Source: the human T2T-CHM13v2.0 reference genome, Homo sapiens. Taken from it: 64,000 nt of DNA. Positions within the stretch are counted from its first letter, which is position 1. Each line of letters begins with the position of its first letter. Made by a program: the position numbers and the translations under genes. Of this stretch, positions 32,854 to 47,480 are shown in pieces. The stretch is from contig CP068257.2 in NCBI GenBank assembly GCA_009914755.4, positions 34,368,001-34,432,000 on the forward strand, written 5' to 3'. The notes beneath the pieces were generated by a model, which was given only the letters and a program-made list of their open reading frames with translations, was not told where the DNA came from and did no database searches.

Positions 32854-33774
32854 TCAGTCCTTAACTTCCTCTCTTCTTCCCCTTTCAGAGTGAGATTTTG
32901 CGTGGTAAGATTTGGGGAGGCATGTTTTGATATTCCTTGTGATTTTGAATGGGAGGCCAAGCAGGGCTTCAGGAAGTGGAGCCCAGAGCTGGTGTTCCTG
33001 GGCTTGGTGACAGGTCCTGGGCCCCTCCCTGTCTGAGGATACCATTCTATGTGTCCCCATGACAACTCCGAGGTTTGATGCTGGTGGAGCTGATTGCTTC
33101 CATGAGGGCTTCATAGTCTAATTCTAGCACACTCTCCATTTCTCAATGGACCACTCCAAAAAGCTTCCCTCGAAGGATCAGTCTGGCCAAGAAAAACTTG
33201 CATGGCCCTGGGTACCACCATTTCTACCTGCACAGCTCCGGACAACCGCAGAATCCTGATGCCCGCTCTATGTGGGACCATGAAAGGCCCTCTCGATGTT
33301 GTCCTGCTCTCAGATTTCTTTTTCCAGAAAGTTCAGCTGTGGCTCCCATTTCTACTGCTATGTAACACTGCTGTGCTCAGGCTGGGGAAGCCCCTAATTT
33401 TCCAACAGGGAAATAATCTTGTACATTGAGACCAACCGTAACATTATCCCAAGCAGCTATGAGATGTGCACAAGTAATTTGTTATTAATCCAAATTTAGC
33501 CTTCTCCCTGACATAAAATTAAATTATGCCTTCAAAAGCCTAAAATGGCTTAAACATTATCCCTAAAATAATGTCACTTCCGATGTGCTTTCTGTAGTGA
33601 AAAAAAAGAAGTTAGGTGAGAATGAATGAACCACCTATGCTTCCCCTCACAACCCAGAAGCCCTTGATCCACAGTGAGCAGCCGTGGGAAATACAAATTG
33701 TTCTGCTGCTTGCAAGGTGTGGTTTTATAGTTTCTGTTGTTTTCTTTTGCATTTCATTCTGAAATATATTCTTT

Positions 33775-34075
33775 TTTTTTTTTTTTTTGAGACATAGTCT
33801 CGCTCTGTTGCCCAGGCTGGAGTGGAGTGATGTGATCTCGGCTGTCTGCAACCTCCGCCTTCCAGGTTCAAGTGATTCTCCTGCCTCAGCCTTCTGAGTA
33901 GCTGGGATTATAGATGCCCGCCACCACACCTGGCTAATTTTTATTTTGTATTTTTGGTAGAGATGGGGTTTCACCATGGTGGCCAGGCTGGTCTTGAAGT
34001 CCTGACCTCAAGCTATCTACCCCCCTCAGCCTCCCAAAGTGCTGAGATTATAGGCGTGAGCCACCGTGCCTGGCC
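33775..34075 (-). mobile_element. Alu SINE
   Basis: Canonical antisense Alu. Confidence 0.95.
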
Positions 34076-34482
34076 CTGAGATAGATTTTTAACATGAAAG
34101 ATGTCAAGGCTAAACACACGTGAGTAACCCCTGCACTGCTGATGAACGAATATGCCACCCTGCCTCTCTCCAAGCAAAGAGGAGAAACCTGCCATCAGGC
34201 TGTATGAACTCTTCTTTGCTTTTTTCCAGTATTGTCATTCAGATTAGCTTTCATGCACGTACCACAAGAAAAATCAGATGTCCTGGATTTGTCCTGTGTT
34301 CCTCATCAGCAGAGGAAGCCACTAGCAGCCCTTACGAGAATCAAGGCTACTCTACTGGAACTCTTCTTACATAGCCAAAAATGTGTGAATTCCATTTACT
34401 GTGATTTTTAACAAAAATGTGTTTATTTAAATGTGTTTATTGTGGTACTCGCTTGCTTAATTATCTTATTTATTTTATTTGT

Positions 34483-34793
<311 letters not shown>

Positions 34794-34864
34794 TTGCTTA
34801 ATTATCTGTGGAATACAGAAAAAGAAAAAAATCAATACTCTTTAAAAAAATAATCTAGTCCTTA

Positions 34865-35237
<373 letters not shown>

Positions 35238-35334
35238 TCATGTGGATGAATGTGTTTATCAATGTCCCTGGGGAAAATAAAAGCAGCGTTATTTGCCTTA
35301 CTTCCCTACCAGATTTTTGATATTTTCTCAAAAT

Positions 35335-35512
35335 CAGCTGGGTGCAGGAGCATGAGCCTGTAACCCCAAGCTCTACTCAGGAGGCTGAGGTGGGAGGATC
35401 AGTTGAGCCCAGGAGGTCAAGGCTGCAGTAAGCTATCACTGCACCACTGCACTCCAGCCTGGGTGACAGAGCAAGACTCTGTTTCTTTAAAAACAAAACA
35501 AAACAAAAAAAT
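35335..35512 (+). mobile_element. Partial Alu (right arm)
   Basis: ctcaggaggctgaggtgggaggatcagttgagcccaggaggtcaaggctgcagtaagc... Confidence 0.85.
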
Positions 35513-36589
35513 CTTATATTTTCTCAAAATCGGAGTCCACTCATGGGATGTGTCATTTTATTAGCTATATATATACATCTATGCCGTTTGGATTTGAATG
35601 TCATCCATTATCTGTTGCAGTGGGTTGAATGGTGTCCCCTTCCCCCAAAAAAAGACATGCCCAATCCCTAAGTCCCAGTACCTGTGAATGCGGCCTTGCT
35701 TGGAAATCATATCTTTGCAGATGTCATGAAGAGAAGGATCTCAAGTTGAGATTATCCTACATTAGTTGTGTGAGCCCTGAATGCAATGAACCTTATAAGA
35801 CAAAAGGAGAAACAGATACAGAAAGAGACATGGGAGAAGGTGATGTGACCACATAGGCAGAGATGGGAGTGACGCAGCAGCAAGCCAGGGAGCCCTACGG
35901 ATGGCCGGCCGCCACCAAAAGCTGGGAGAAAGGCAGGGAACAGATTCTCCCTGAGAGCCTTTAGAGCAAGCACAGCCCTGCTCACACCATGATTTCAGAC
36001 TTCCAGCCTCCAGGACTGTGCAAGAATAAATGTCTGTTGTTTTAAGCCACCGAGCTTGTGGAACTTTGTAACGGCAGCCCTGGGAAACTAACACCTGTGG
36101 GTCGAGGCAGGGAAAGAAATGCTGCCCCAGTATAGAGAAGATTTGCTCCAGGTTCTAGGAGAGCCAAAAAGCAGCATCTCATGGCCGTCAGCAAACCCCT
36201 GGGAGGACGGCAGACCCCAGGGGGCGAGCAAACTTGCTGGTGGTTGGAGCATGCCTGATGCTATCACTCTGTGGGTACCAAGTACCAGGCAAACAGGTAG
36301 GCCTTGTTCAAAGCCAGTGATGGAGAGAGGCACTCTCCAACAGAGCCATCGAACAGGGCACGTACTGTATCAGCTCTAGCAGAGGCCAGCAAACTTTTCT
36401 GTAAAGGGCTTGATAGTAAGTATTTTCAGCTTTGTGAACCACAAACCGGAGTAGTCTCTGTCACACCTCCTCAGCTCTGCTGTTGGGAAGTGAAACCAAC
36501 CATATGCAACTGCCAAACAAATACACGTGAAAATCTTTATTTACACATGCTTCGCTCTATACCCAAAAAAATGTAAAGCAGGGACTCAA

Positions 36590-37092
36590 ACAGATACTTG
36601 TATATGAATGTTATTCTCACAATAGCCAAGAGGTGGAAATAACCCAGGTGTTCATCAATAGATGAATGGACAAACGAAATGTGTAGATACACGTACATGC
36701 AAAGGAATAGTATACAGCCTTAAAAAGGAATGAAATTCTGACACGTGCTACAACGTGGGTGAACCCTGAACGCATGATGCTAAGTAAAATAAGCCAGACA
36801 CAAAAGTAAAAAGATCGTATGACTGCACTTACATGAAGTACCTAGAACAGGCAAATTCATAGAGATAGAAAGTAGAAGTTACTAGAAGCTCAGGAAAGTG
36901 GGAAATGGAAAGTTACCGATTCACGGTACAGAGTTCCTATTTGGGGTGCTGAAAAAGTTTTGAAATTAGATAGTGGGGATGGTTATACAAAGTGTGAATA
37001 TACTCAATGCCACTGAATTGTACAATTTAAAATGGTTAAAATAGTAAATTTTATGTTATACATATTTTGTCATAATAAAGTTTGCATTTAGA
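36590..37092 (+). mobile_element. L1 3'-end fragment (sense)
   Basis: ttctcacaatagccaagaggtggaaataacccaggtgttcatcaatagatgaatggacaaacgaaatgtg...ccactgaattgtacaatttaaaatggttaaaatagtaaattttatgttatacatattttgtcataataaag + a10. Confidence 0.85.
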
Positions 37093-37388
37093 AAAAAAAA
37101 ATTTCTTTCAAACAGAGTCTCACTCTGTCACCCAGGCTGGAGTGCAGTGGCATCATCTCGGCTCACTGCAACCTCTGCCTCCCAGGTTCATTCTTTCTGC
37201 CTCAGCTTCCTGAGTAGCTGGAATTACAGGCATGCATCACCACAACCAGCTAATTTTTGTATTTTTAGTAGAAATGGGGTTTTGCCATTTTGGCCAGGCT
37301 GGTCTCGAACTTCTGACCTCAAGTGATCCACCCAGCTCAGCCTCCCAAAGTGCTGGGATTACAGGCGTGAGCAACCATACCCGGCTTA
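37092..37388 (-). mobile_element. Alu SINE inserted at the tail of the L1 3' end
   Basis: Canonical antisense Alu. Confidence 0.95.
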
Positions 37389-38896
37389 GGAAAAAAAAAA
37401 ATTATTTACAAAAATAGAAACTGGCCATAGTTTGCCAACTCCTGGTATAGAGTTTTCTATAACATCAAAGTGGCTCTTGGTATGTGACTGTTCCAGAATT
37501 ATCCCAGCATAGCAGATATGAGGTGGTACTTCCTATGAGCTCTGCCATCCTCAGTCCCTGGACTGTGTCATTTCCTTTGGGCATGTGCACATACACCCCT
37601 GGAACATGGAGGAAGGCATATTAATAGCGGGTAGTATGGATTTAAAAGCCTCAGAACCGTGTCATTGATGCTATGCTCTGTTCCTGGAAGTGAAAATGCA
37701 CAGAGGAACCAGCTGGTACAGTATGATGACAACAGATTTAGGGTACCCAGTCACCATTCACTGCATGGCCTCAGTCACGTTATCCCTGCTCTCTGGGCCT
37801 CAGTTTAATCAGATGATTCTCATTTGCTGGCTATATGATGTCCTGCTCTGGAAAAGCATGTAGCTTAGAAATGAGACTGCATGTGAAGGTATTACACCAC
37901 CCCCCGTGGATGGCTGCCACCATCCTTAAGCATATTTTCATCCAGAAGAATAAACATCCTTAGAGAAATACACATGAAATGCAAAGCTTGAAGTCATAAC
38001 TCAATGCATAACAACCTGCAAACCAGTACAGGCTTATGAGCTAGCTAATAAAATAAATCATAGTCATGTTTTTCAAATGACTTTTCATGTGTTGTCATTA
38101 CTTCTCCGACGTACTGTAAATTAACTGTGAAGTGCTACTTCCTGCAGGGAGGTTTTCTTTCCCCTCCCAAATATAAAGAGGTTGTAAGGCTAAAGAATGC
38201 AGACATGCATCATGTCTGCGAAAATCATTTTTTAAAAAGATCAAATGTAATATTTTCTTTCAACATGGACAACTGCTTTGAGATTTTCCATTCAAGCAGC
38301 CTTGAACACAGCCTCCAGCGTTTGCCAATTACTCCTGACAAATACCATTTGGGCCTGAGTGATGTTGTAAGTGAAATAAAACAGTGGAAGGAAAAAAACC
38401 AGAACATGATAAAAGGAATTTTTTTTGGTCTGCTGAGAACTTACTGTAAGTTATACATTCAGGAGTGAAGGCCCTGCTTCCTGCCAGTGACGGACTCCAT
38501 GTGAGCTGGAGTTTGAAGGTGACTTTTGTTTGACAGTAATAGGAAGGGAAGACAAAACTCAGTTTTCATGTCCCTTGAAAGGGAGTCAGCCCTTTTTTCT
38601 CCCTCATAAAGAGGAAAAAAAAGTATATAAACAAAAGAAGAGAAAAAGAGGCACTAGGCCCTGTTCCCTGTCATTCTGCACAATACGCACTAATGGCTGA
38701 AAACAATCCCATGAAATCAGCGTGGCCAGCATGCCCGGGCGGCCAGCAGCCCCACCTGCCTCCGTACCTGAGCTCTGAGCATGTTAGAACCAGCTGAAGG
38801 CAACCAAAGCCACAGGAAAGAGAGGGCACAGCCAACTTTCAAAGTGCAGTCATCTGGTCCCACCCCCACCCCCCTACCCCCATCTCTCCTGAAGTT

Positions 38897-39200
38897 TCCT
38901 CCTTTTTTTTTTTTTTTTTGAGACAGAGTCTCCCTCTGTTGTACACGCTGGAGTGCAGTGCTGCAATCTCGGCTCCTGCAACCTCCACCTCCTGGGTTCA
39001 AGTGATTCTAGTGCCTCAGCCTCCCGAGTAGCTGGGATTACAGGCACCCACCACCACACTCGACTAATTTTTGTATTTTTAGTAAAGACGGGGTTTCACC
39101 ATGTTGACCAGGCTGATCTCAAACTCCTGATCTCAAATGATCTGCCCGCCTTGGCCTCCCGAAGTGCTGGGATTACAGGTATGAGCCACCGTGCCTGGCC
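38897..39200 (-). mobile_element. Alu SINE
   Basis: Canonical antisense Alu. Confidence 0.95.
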
Positions 39201-39413
39201 AAGTTTCCTCCTTTTCTGAGGTTCCTGTCCCAGAATCTATGATGGCCAAGACAAAGCAAAGGTGAAGACTGCTCCCCCTCCACCACTGCCTTTCCCAACA
39301 TCCTTCTCTGCTTGTTCTTTAAGATTCCAGTGAAACTCAACCTTGACCTCAGTGCTGTGGGGAATCAGAGAGCAGCCAGGGGAAACGACTGGAAAGAGGC
39401 TGGGTGGTAACTG

Positions 39414-39700
39414 GGCACAGTGGCTCATGCCTGTAATCCCAGCATTTTGAGAGACAAAGGTGGGAGGATCACTTGAGGCCTAGAGTTTGAGACCAGTCTG
39501 GGCAACATGGTGAGACCCCCGTCTCTACAAAATATTTTTAGAATTAGCCAGGTGTGGTGGTGCGTGCCTGTAGTTCCAACTGCTCAGGAGACGGAGGCAG
39601 GATGGTTGCTTGAGCTCACGAATTTGAGGCTGCAGTGAGCCATGATTGGCCGTTGCACTCCAGCCTGGGCAAAAGAGCAGGACCCTGTCTCTCAAGGCTG
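39414..39700 (+). mobile_element. Alu SINE
   Basis: Canonical Alu. Confidence 0.95.
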
Positions 39701-40528
39701 AGAGGGTACCAAGTGCCCACATGGTATCCAGCAGACCAGGACCCAGAGCTGGTCTGTCTATACCAGCCACGAACCTTGGACAAGGAAGGGACTTTGCTAG
39801 CTAATAAAAATAAGCTGGACTGACTGACTGAGCTGGACTTTCCCCATCTGTTGGGGGAGACTATTGTAGCCACTGAGGATGAAACTGATTCAGGGCTGGC
39901 AGCCTGTCGTACTGTGCTGGCACCTGGAAATGCTAAGTCAATGCCACGGTCCAGTCTGAACATCCTGGGACCCCTCCACTCAGGGTGCACCAGTCCTAAT
40001 GCACCTGTGGAGCTCGGCGATTTTGTAACCACACTGCTGCACTGGGATCTATTTTTCCCGGTGAATGAAAAACTCACAAATGTGAGTGATTTAGGCTGGA
40101 GGTCCGCAGCCCCACGGCGCAGAGGCTCCCCAGCATGTGGTGTGAGTAAGGGGCTGGTGGCTTTCTGTCCAGCTGCCTCCCACTTCAAGAAGTCTTTGGC
40201 AACTGCCATGCCCCAAAGTAAAAGGGGCAAAACCATGGTCATTGTGCTGATAATCGGGCCTCGTGGGTCCTCTGAGCAGAACCCCAGCCCCGCCTCACTT
40301 TCTGTAAATGAGCCATCTCCACTGGCACCTCGTGTCAAGGAAGGGTGAACCAGGACAGGGCTAAAGGGATTGCCAATGGACAGCCCAGAAGACAGGTCAT
40401 AAACCGCCCAACTGGCTCGATGTCTGGAGTCGGTCACACCTCGAAGACACTGTTTTCCTAACTTTCACGTACACGGGAATCTTGTTCCAATGCAGATTCT
40501 GATTCAGTGGGTCCAGGGCAGGGCCTGA

Positions 40529-40876
<348 letters not shown>

Positions 40877-41263
40877 GATCCTGAATTTCTAATAGGCTCC
40901 CAGGTGCTGCTGATGTGCTCTGCAGATCACCCTGTGAGGAGCAGGGTTCTAAGGCAAACAGCCCCAATCAACAAAGCTGAAAGCACTTATTTAGCTTCCT
41001 GGGGGACATTTTTTGGTGGTAGTGGCCTCCTTTATAGACTTTTGCCCTGGTGACCTATAAAAGAAAGAAGATAGATCCTAGCAGTTGCCCCCTGCCAGTA
41101 CTTTTCTCCTGCTGGTATCAGAGACACTGCCTTCTAATACAGAGACACAGTATTTCTCCTCTCGCACGACTGCTGCCATGGTTGTGAGTCAAGACTCCCT
41201 GCCTAGACTACATGGTGGCCACCTACTCTTAACATTGAACCACAACCATCAAAAATCACTTGT

Positions 41264-41578
41264 GGCCAGGTGTGGGTGGCTCACACCTGTAATCCCAGCA
41301 CTTTGGGAGGCCGAGGCGGTTGGATCACCTAAGGTCAGAAGTTCAAGACCAGCCTGGCTAACATGGCACAACCCAGCTCTACTAAAAAAAATACAAAAAA
41401 ATTAGCTGGGAGTGGTGGCGTAGTGCACGCCTGTAACCCCAGCTACTTAGGAGGCTGAGGCAGGAGAATCACTTGAACCCAGGAAGTGGAGGTTGTAGTG
41501 AGCTGAGATTATGCCACTGCTGCACTCCAGCCTGGGTGACAGAGCACGAAACTGTCTCAAAACAAAACAAAAAAAACT
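41264..41578 (+). mobile_element. Alu SINE
   Basis: Canonical Alu. Confidence 0.95.
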
Positions 41579-41600
41579 TGTTATTCCAACCTGAATACTT

Positions 41601-42223
<623 letters not shown>

Positions 42224-42946
42224 TAAATAATATCTGCATTCCATATACATAATCACCATCACCAGTGAGGCAACTCCAATCAGATAAACAGTAATGTATA
42301 CCTTTCTCTACTCCTCCAATTAAAAAAAAAAAAACCTTCAATATAGTGATATTGAATATTGGCCTCATCGAGGTCTTGGTAGCACTCTGTAGATCAACAT
42401 GCCAAAGAGAAAACAAACTTCCACTCAACACAAAGCCAGAATGTGTATCAATAGCACGGGGCTGGGGAGGAGAAGGGTATCAGGAGGGAGAAAAGCATTA
42501 TAGCAGCTTCCCGGTTCACAAGTTGAATTTGTCTACACATAAGACCAGATGACAGAGCTTCTGATAAAGTCCAGCTGACCAAAGAAATCATTTCAAGTGA
42601 GGCCATCAGCGTCAAGTCATCATGTGATGTTGTACTGAGTCAGTCCACATCACCAGCCATTTGGGGATCTACAGTGTCTCAGTATCCTGTGGACAGAGAA
42701 GCTCAAGCGCACCCTGATGGTTTTTTTCACTCTACCTTGAGGCCCCAACCTCTGATCAGTCATGCACCTCTAACAAAGATGGGCCAGGCCTCCCCTCGGT
42801 CAGCAGAAATGGATTCTTTCCACCTCACCACAAAATACTTCACGTTATTCTAGAAACACCTGGCAGATGAGAAGCTAGGAGTCACAGGATCCGTCCCTCT
42901 GTTTGTGTGGGTGGTCAGTTTCAACTCCTTAAAAGCCATCCTTCTG

Positions 42947-43255
<309 letters not shown>

Positions 43256-43947
43256 AATCCTTCTTTTGGCCTGCCTGAAACAGCCTGAGTCTACCTGCTA
43301 TCAATTAGGATAGAAATTGAAACCTGCTACCCGGTGTGAAAAGTTCTCTCCTTCTCAAAAGTAAGGGCTAAATATATGCCTTTATTTGTGGCTCCTCTGT
43401 GGGCAGAGCCAGGATGGTTCCTGCACGGTCTCACCCCCTCCTCCTCTCGCCATTACATCTGAGCCACCACTGCCCTCTCCAGCCCCTGCCCCACCTGGCC
43501 AGGTCCCTTCCCGAGCAGCTATCACCTTGAAGTGGTGTTTATCCGCCCAAAGGAGAATGTGAACGTTGGCATTTTCTTCCAGGGGAAACACGGAGAGTTG
43601 CTTCTGCCTTGTTTGGATGCTACTAATATTTGGGAAAACCACTCTCTGCTGCCTGACTTGACCGAGCCGCAGTACCCAGGTCAGCTCGGCGGTCCTCTTG
43701 CGCCATCTAGTGTACGAAAGGTGGAAGTGGCTCAAGCACGTTGCAAAGTCCCACAGGGATTCCAAGATCCACCTGGTACTTACCAAGCATCAGCCCAAAC
43801 ACTCTGGACACGGAGAGGTGTGGCGCCTTTTAAAGGAGACACGTGGAATTAAATTTGCTAATCACTTCTCGTGGACTGGGCGGGCACTCCAACTGTATTT
43901 ACTGAGCCAAATGATAAAGAGTTGATCTCTGGATTCATCTGTACTCA

Positions 43948-44340
<393 letters not shown>

Positions 44341-45575
44341 TCAGCTTGCCTCCCACACCTCTGAAAACCAGAAAGTTCCAGCTGGGAAAAGGTAAGGCAG
44401 CTTGCTCCCATATCCCAGAGGTTCAGAAAGGGAACTTTGGTGAACATCAGTCATGTGGGAGCTTTAAATCTCCACTGCCCCGGCACACCTCAGGCCAACT
44501 AGTTCAGACCCCTGCAGTGGGAACCCGGCCTCAGAATTTTTTAAAGCTCCGCATGTGATTCCAGTGAACAGCAAAGCCGCCAACCACTGCTACAGCCTTT
44601 ACCATCAGAGGCTTGGAAGGCAAAGACGTCCAGTGACACAGGTCTCAGACATGGCACGAGAAGCACAGGTCTACGCTGCCTGTCCCAAACACAGTCGCCT
44701 TAGACCCAACCTGCTTCCTCTGTGACATCCCAAACTCTCTCTTATCTGTCAACAGTTTAGTCTCCCTTTGTGATTATCACAGTAAAAACTGGAATTGTTG
44801 ACTGTCCCAAGCATTACTGAGTGGGGTCTTTGCCGTTCTGGTCTTGGCCCTATCTTCTGAATCTGGGCATTAGGAAGAGATTTCAGGGTTCTGAGCAGTT
44901 TCTATGGCACCGAGACAATGCTTTCAACTGCAACAGGAGAGCCTCTCCCCTGAGACGAATTCCACGGAAACGAGAAAAGGCCTGCTTTGGGCTCACTCAC
45001 CCCTTCTCAGCCCTCTAATAACAGCTATGCCCTGTATGAGATATGAGCTGTCAGTGTGATGAGAAGCGGGCTGTAAAACTGAAATGGGACCATTTGAGGC
45101 GAGGCTGCAGCGAGAGAGACTGGCTCACTCTGCCCTGCAGCAGGGCCAGGGAGTGGAGTTGCCTGGTTCCTCCAGAACAGCCTGCAAGGTGAAGTAGTCA
45201 CTCGGCCTTTCACAAAGCAAAACCAGACAACATAAACTGCTTGAAGGTGGCGGGTCCCCTCCCTTACCCTAGACTGCCTAACTTAGGAGGCAGAAACAGG
45301 TATCACTCACACATCAGAGGCAGGAACTCAGACACCAGACACTGCTGGCTTCTAATCCCTGCCACGTGATGTGGGAGAAGTCAGTTGACCCGTCTATGCC
45401 TCAGTGTCTTCAACTCTAACAAAAGATGGAATACCTGCCTCATAGAGCTATTGTGACAATTAGATGAGAAAGAGGGATATCCCACCGGGTACCAGGAGGA
45501 CACAGTGGCTCTAAGTCCCACTCCACCTTTTTTTTTTTTTTTTTTTTTTACAGTCAGGGTCTCACTTGTCGCAGG

Positions 45576-46035
45576 TGGGCGACAACCATTTGAGCCAGTG
45601 GCATGCAGGGGTAAAAGAATTTACCAAGACAGCTGTAGGTAAAGAAAGGCAGATTTACGCGAGGAAGAATGAAAACACGTTGTTAGGAGGCAACGGGCAG
45701 ATCAGCGGAGGAGGAGCTGACTGCCAGAGACAAAGGCTCCTGGAGATTTTATAGGATGGTTTCGGCTACATAGGGCTGCGCACAATACTGATAACGCCAG
45801 GGCTGCAAGGAGCTAACGTGCATTTTTCTATCAGCCAAGGTGTCTGATGATAAACGGAAGTGTTTGATGTTAAGTTGGGTGCAGGAGGATTGTGGGTAAT
45901 GTACGTTATCTGCACTGGAGGGCTATGTGTCCTGGACCATGAAGAAAGGTAGGCCGGTAACTTATCTGCTTTATCTTTAACTCCCTCAGTCCCGCCAGCC
46001 TGACTCCTTTGCCCTAAATAGGACTCCACAGATTT
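45576..46035. mobile_element. Unclassified insertion of about 460 bp, relatively CpG-rich, disrupting a minus-strand Alu between ...cacttgtcgc and ccaggctggagtgcag, with a possible 5-6-bp TSD (c)ttgtc
   Basis: The Alu left part (t22 acagtcagggtctcacttgtcgc) lies at 45527-45575 and the remainder resumes at 46036. The insert carries acgcg, aacggg, cagcgg, aacgcc and aacgtg. Confidence 0.45.
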
Positions 46036-46346
46036 GTCATCCAGGCTGGAGTGCAGCTGTGTGATCACAGCTCACTGCAGCTTCGAACTCCTGGACTCAT
46101 GCCATCCTCCTGCCTCAGCCTCCAGAGTAGCTAGGACTACAGGCATGCAGCACCACACCCAGCTATTTTTTTATTATTTTTTGTAGAGACGCGGGGCAGG
46201 GGGTCTCACTATGTTGCCCAGGCTGGTCTCAAACTTCTGGCCTCAAGTGATCCTCCCACCTCGGATAGTAACAGCACCTGCTACTATCTACCTTGTGGAG
46301 TGGTAGCCTTACATTTTTATTAAATACATTCTATTTTGGGGAGTTT

Positions 46347-46640
46347 TTTGTTTTTTTGAGATGGAGTCTCACTCTGTTGCCTGCGCTGAAGCGCAGTGGC
46401 ATGATACCAGCTCACTGCAACCTCCACCTCCTGGGTTCAAGTGATTCTCCTGCCTAAGTCTCCGGAGTAGCTGAGATTACAGGTGCCCGCCACCACACCC
46501 AGCTTATTTTTTGTATTTTTAGTAGAGACAGGGTTTCACCATGTTGGCCAGGATGGTCTCGATCTCCTGACCTCGTGATCTACCCGCCTCGGCCTCCCAA
46601 AGTGCTGGGATTACAGGCGTGAGCCACCGTGCCTGGCCCA
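46347..46640 (-). mobile_element. Alu SINE
   Basis: Canonical antisense Alu. Confidence 0.95.
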
Positions 46641-46794
46641 GGTGTTTTTTTTTTTTTTTAATTTTCTTATAGCCTAATGTTAAAACTACATAGAATAAAA
46701 GGATATTAAAACAAGAAAATAGTGAAAGGTTACAACAGGAAGATGAGAAACACCCTCTGAAAGGTGAGAGGGATGAGCACGGGAGAGAAATGTC

Positions 46795-47480
46795 TGCTGG
46801 TGGGGGCAGGTGCTGGCGTGCTGTCAGTGGAACTCTAGCATGTCTGGGGGACACTGGCATGTGTTGTGTGGGGGACACTGGCGTGTTGTGCAGGGGACAC
46901 TGGCATGTCGTGTGGGGGACACTGGCGTGTTCTGTGGGGGCAATGGTGTGTTGTGTGGGGACACTGGCGTGTCGTGTGGGGGACACTGGTGTGTACACGG
47001 GACACTGGCGTGTCGTGCGGGGGGACACTGGCATTTTCTGTGGGGGCAATGGCATGTTGTGTGGGGGACACTGGCGTGTTGTGTGGGGGCAATGGCGTGT
47101 CGTGTGGGGACACTGGCGTGTCGTGCGGGGGACACTGGTGTGTACACGGGACACTGGCGTGTCGTGCGGGGGGACACTGGCATGTTCTGTGGGGGCAATG
47201 GCATGTTGTGTGGGGGACACTGGCGTGTTGTGTGGGGGACACTGGCATGTCGTGTGGGGGACACTGGCGTGTTCTGTGGGGGCAATGGCGTGTTGTGTGG
47301 GGACACTGACGTGTTGTGTGGGGGACACTGGCGTGTGCACGGGACACTGGCATGTCATGTGGGGGACACTGGTGTGTTGTGCGGGGGACACTGGCATGTT
47401 CTGTGGGGGCAATGGCGTGTTGTGTGGGGGACACTGGTGTGTTGTGTGAGGACACTGGTGTGTTGTGTGAGGGGCACTGA
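46795..47480. repeat. Minisatellite A: about 30 copies of the 22-mer TGTGGGGGACACTGGCGTGTTG (variants CAATGG, TACACGG), with a higher-order period of 146-190 bp
   Basis: Clear tandem periodicity. GGGGG runs every 22 bp give strong G4 potential on the plus strand. Confidence 0.9.
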
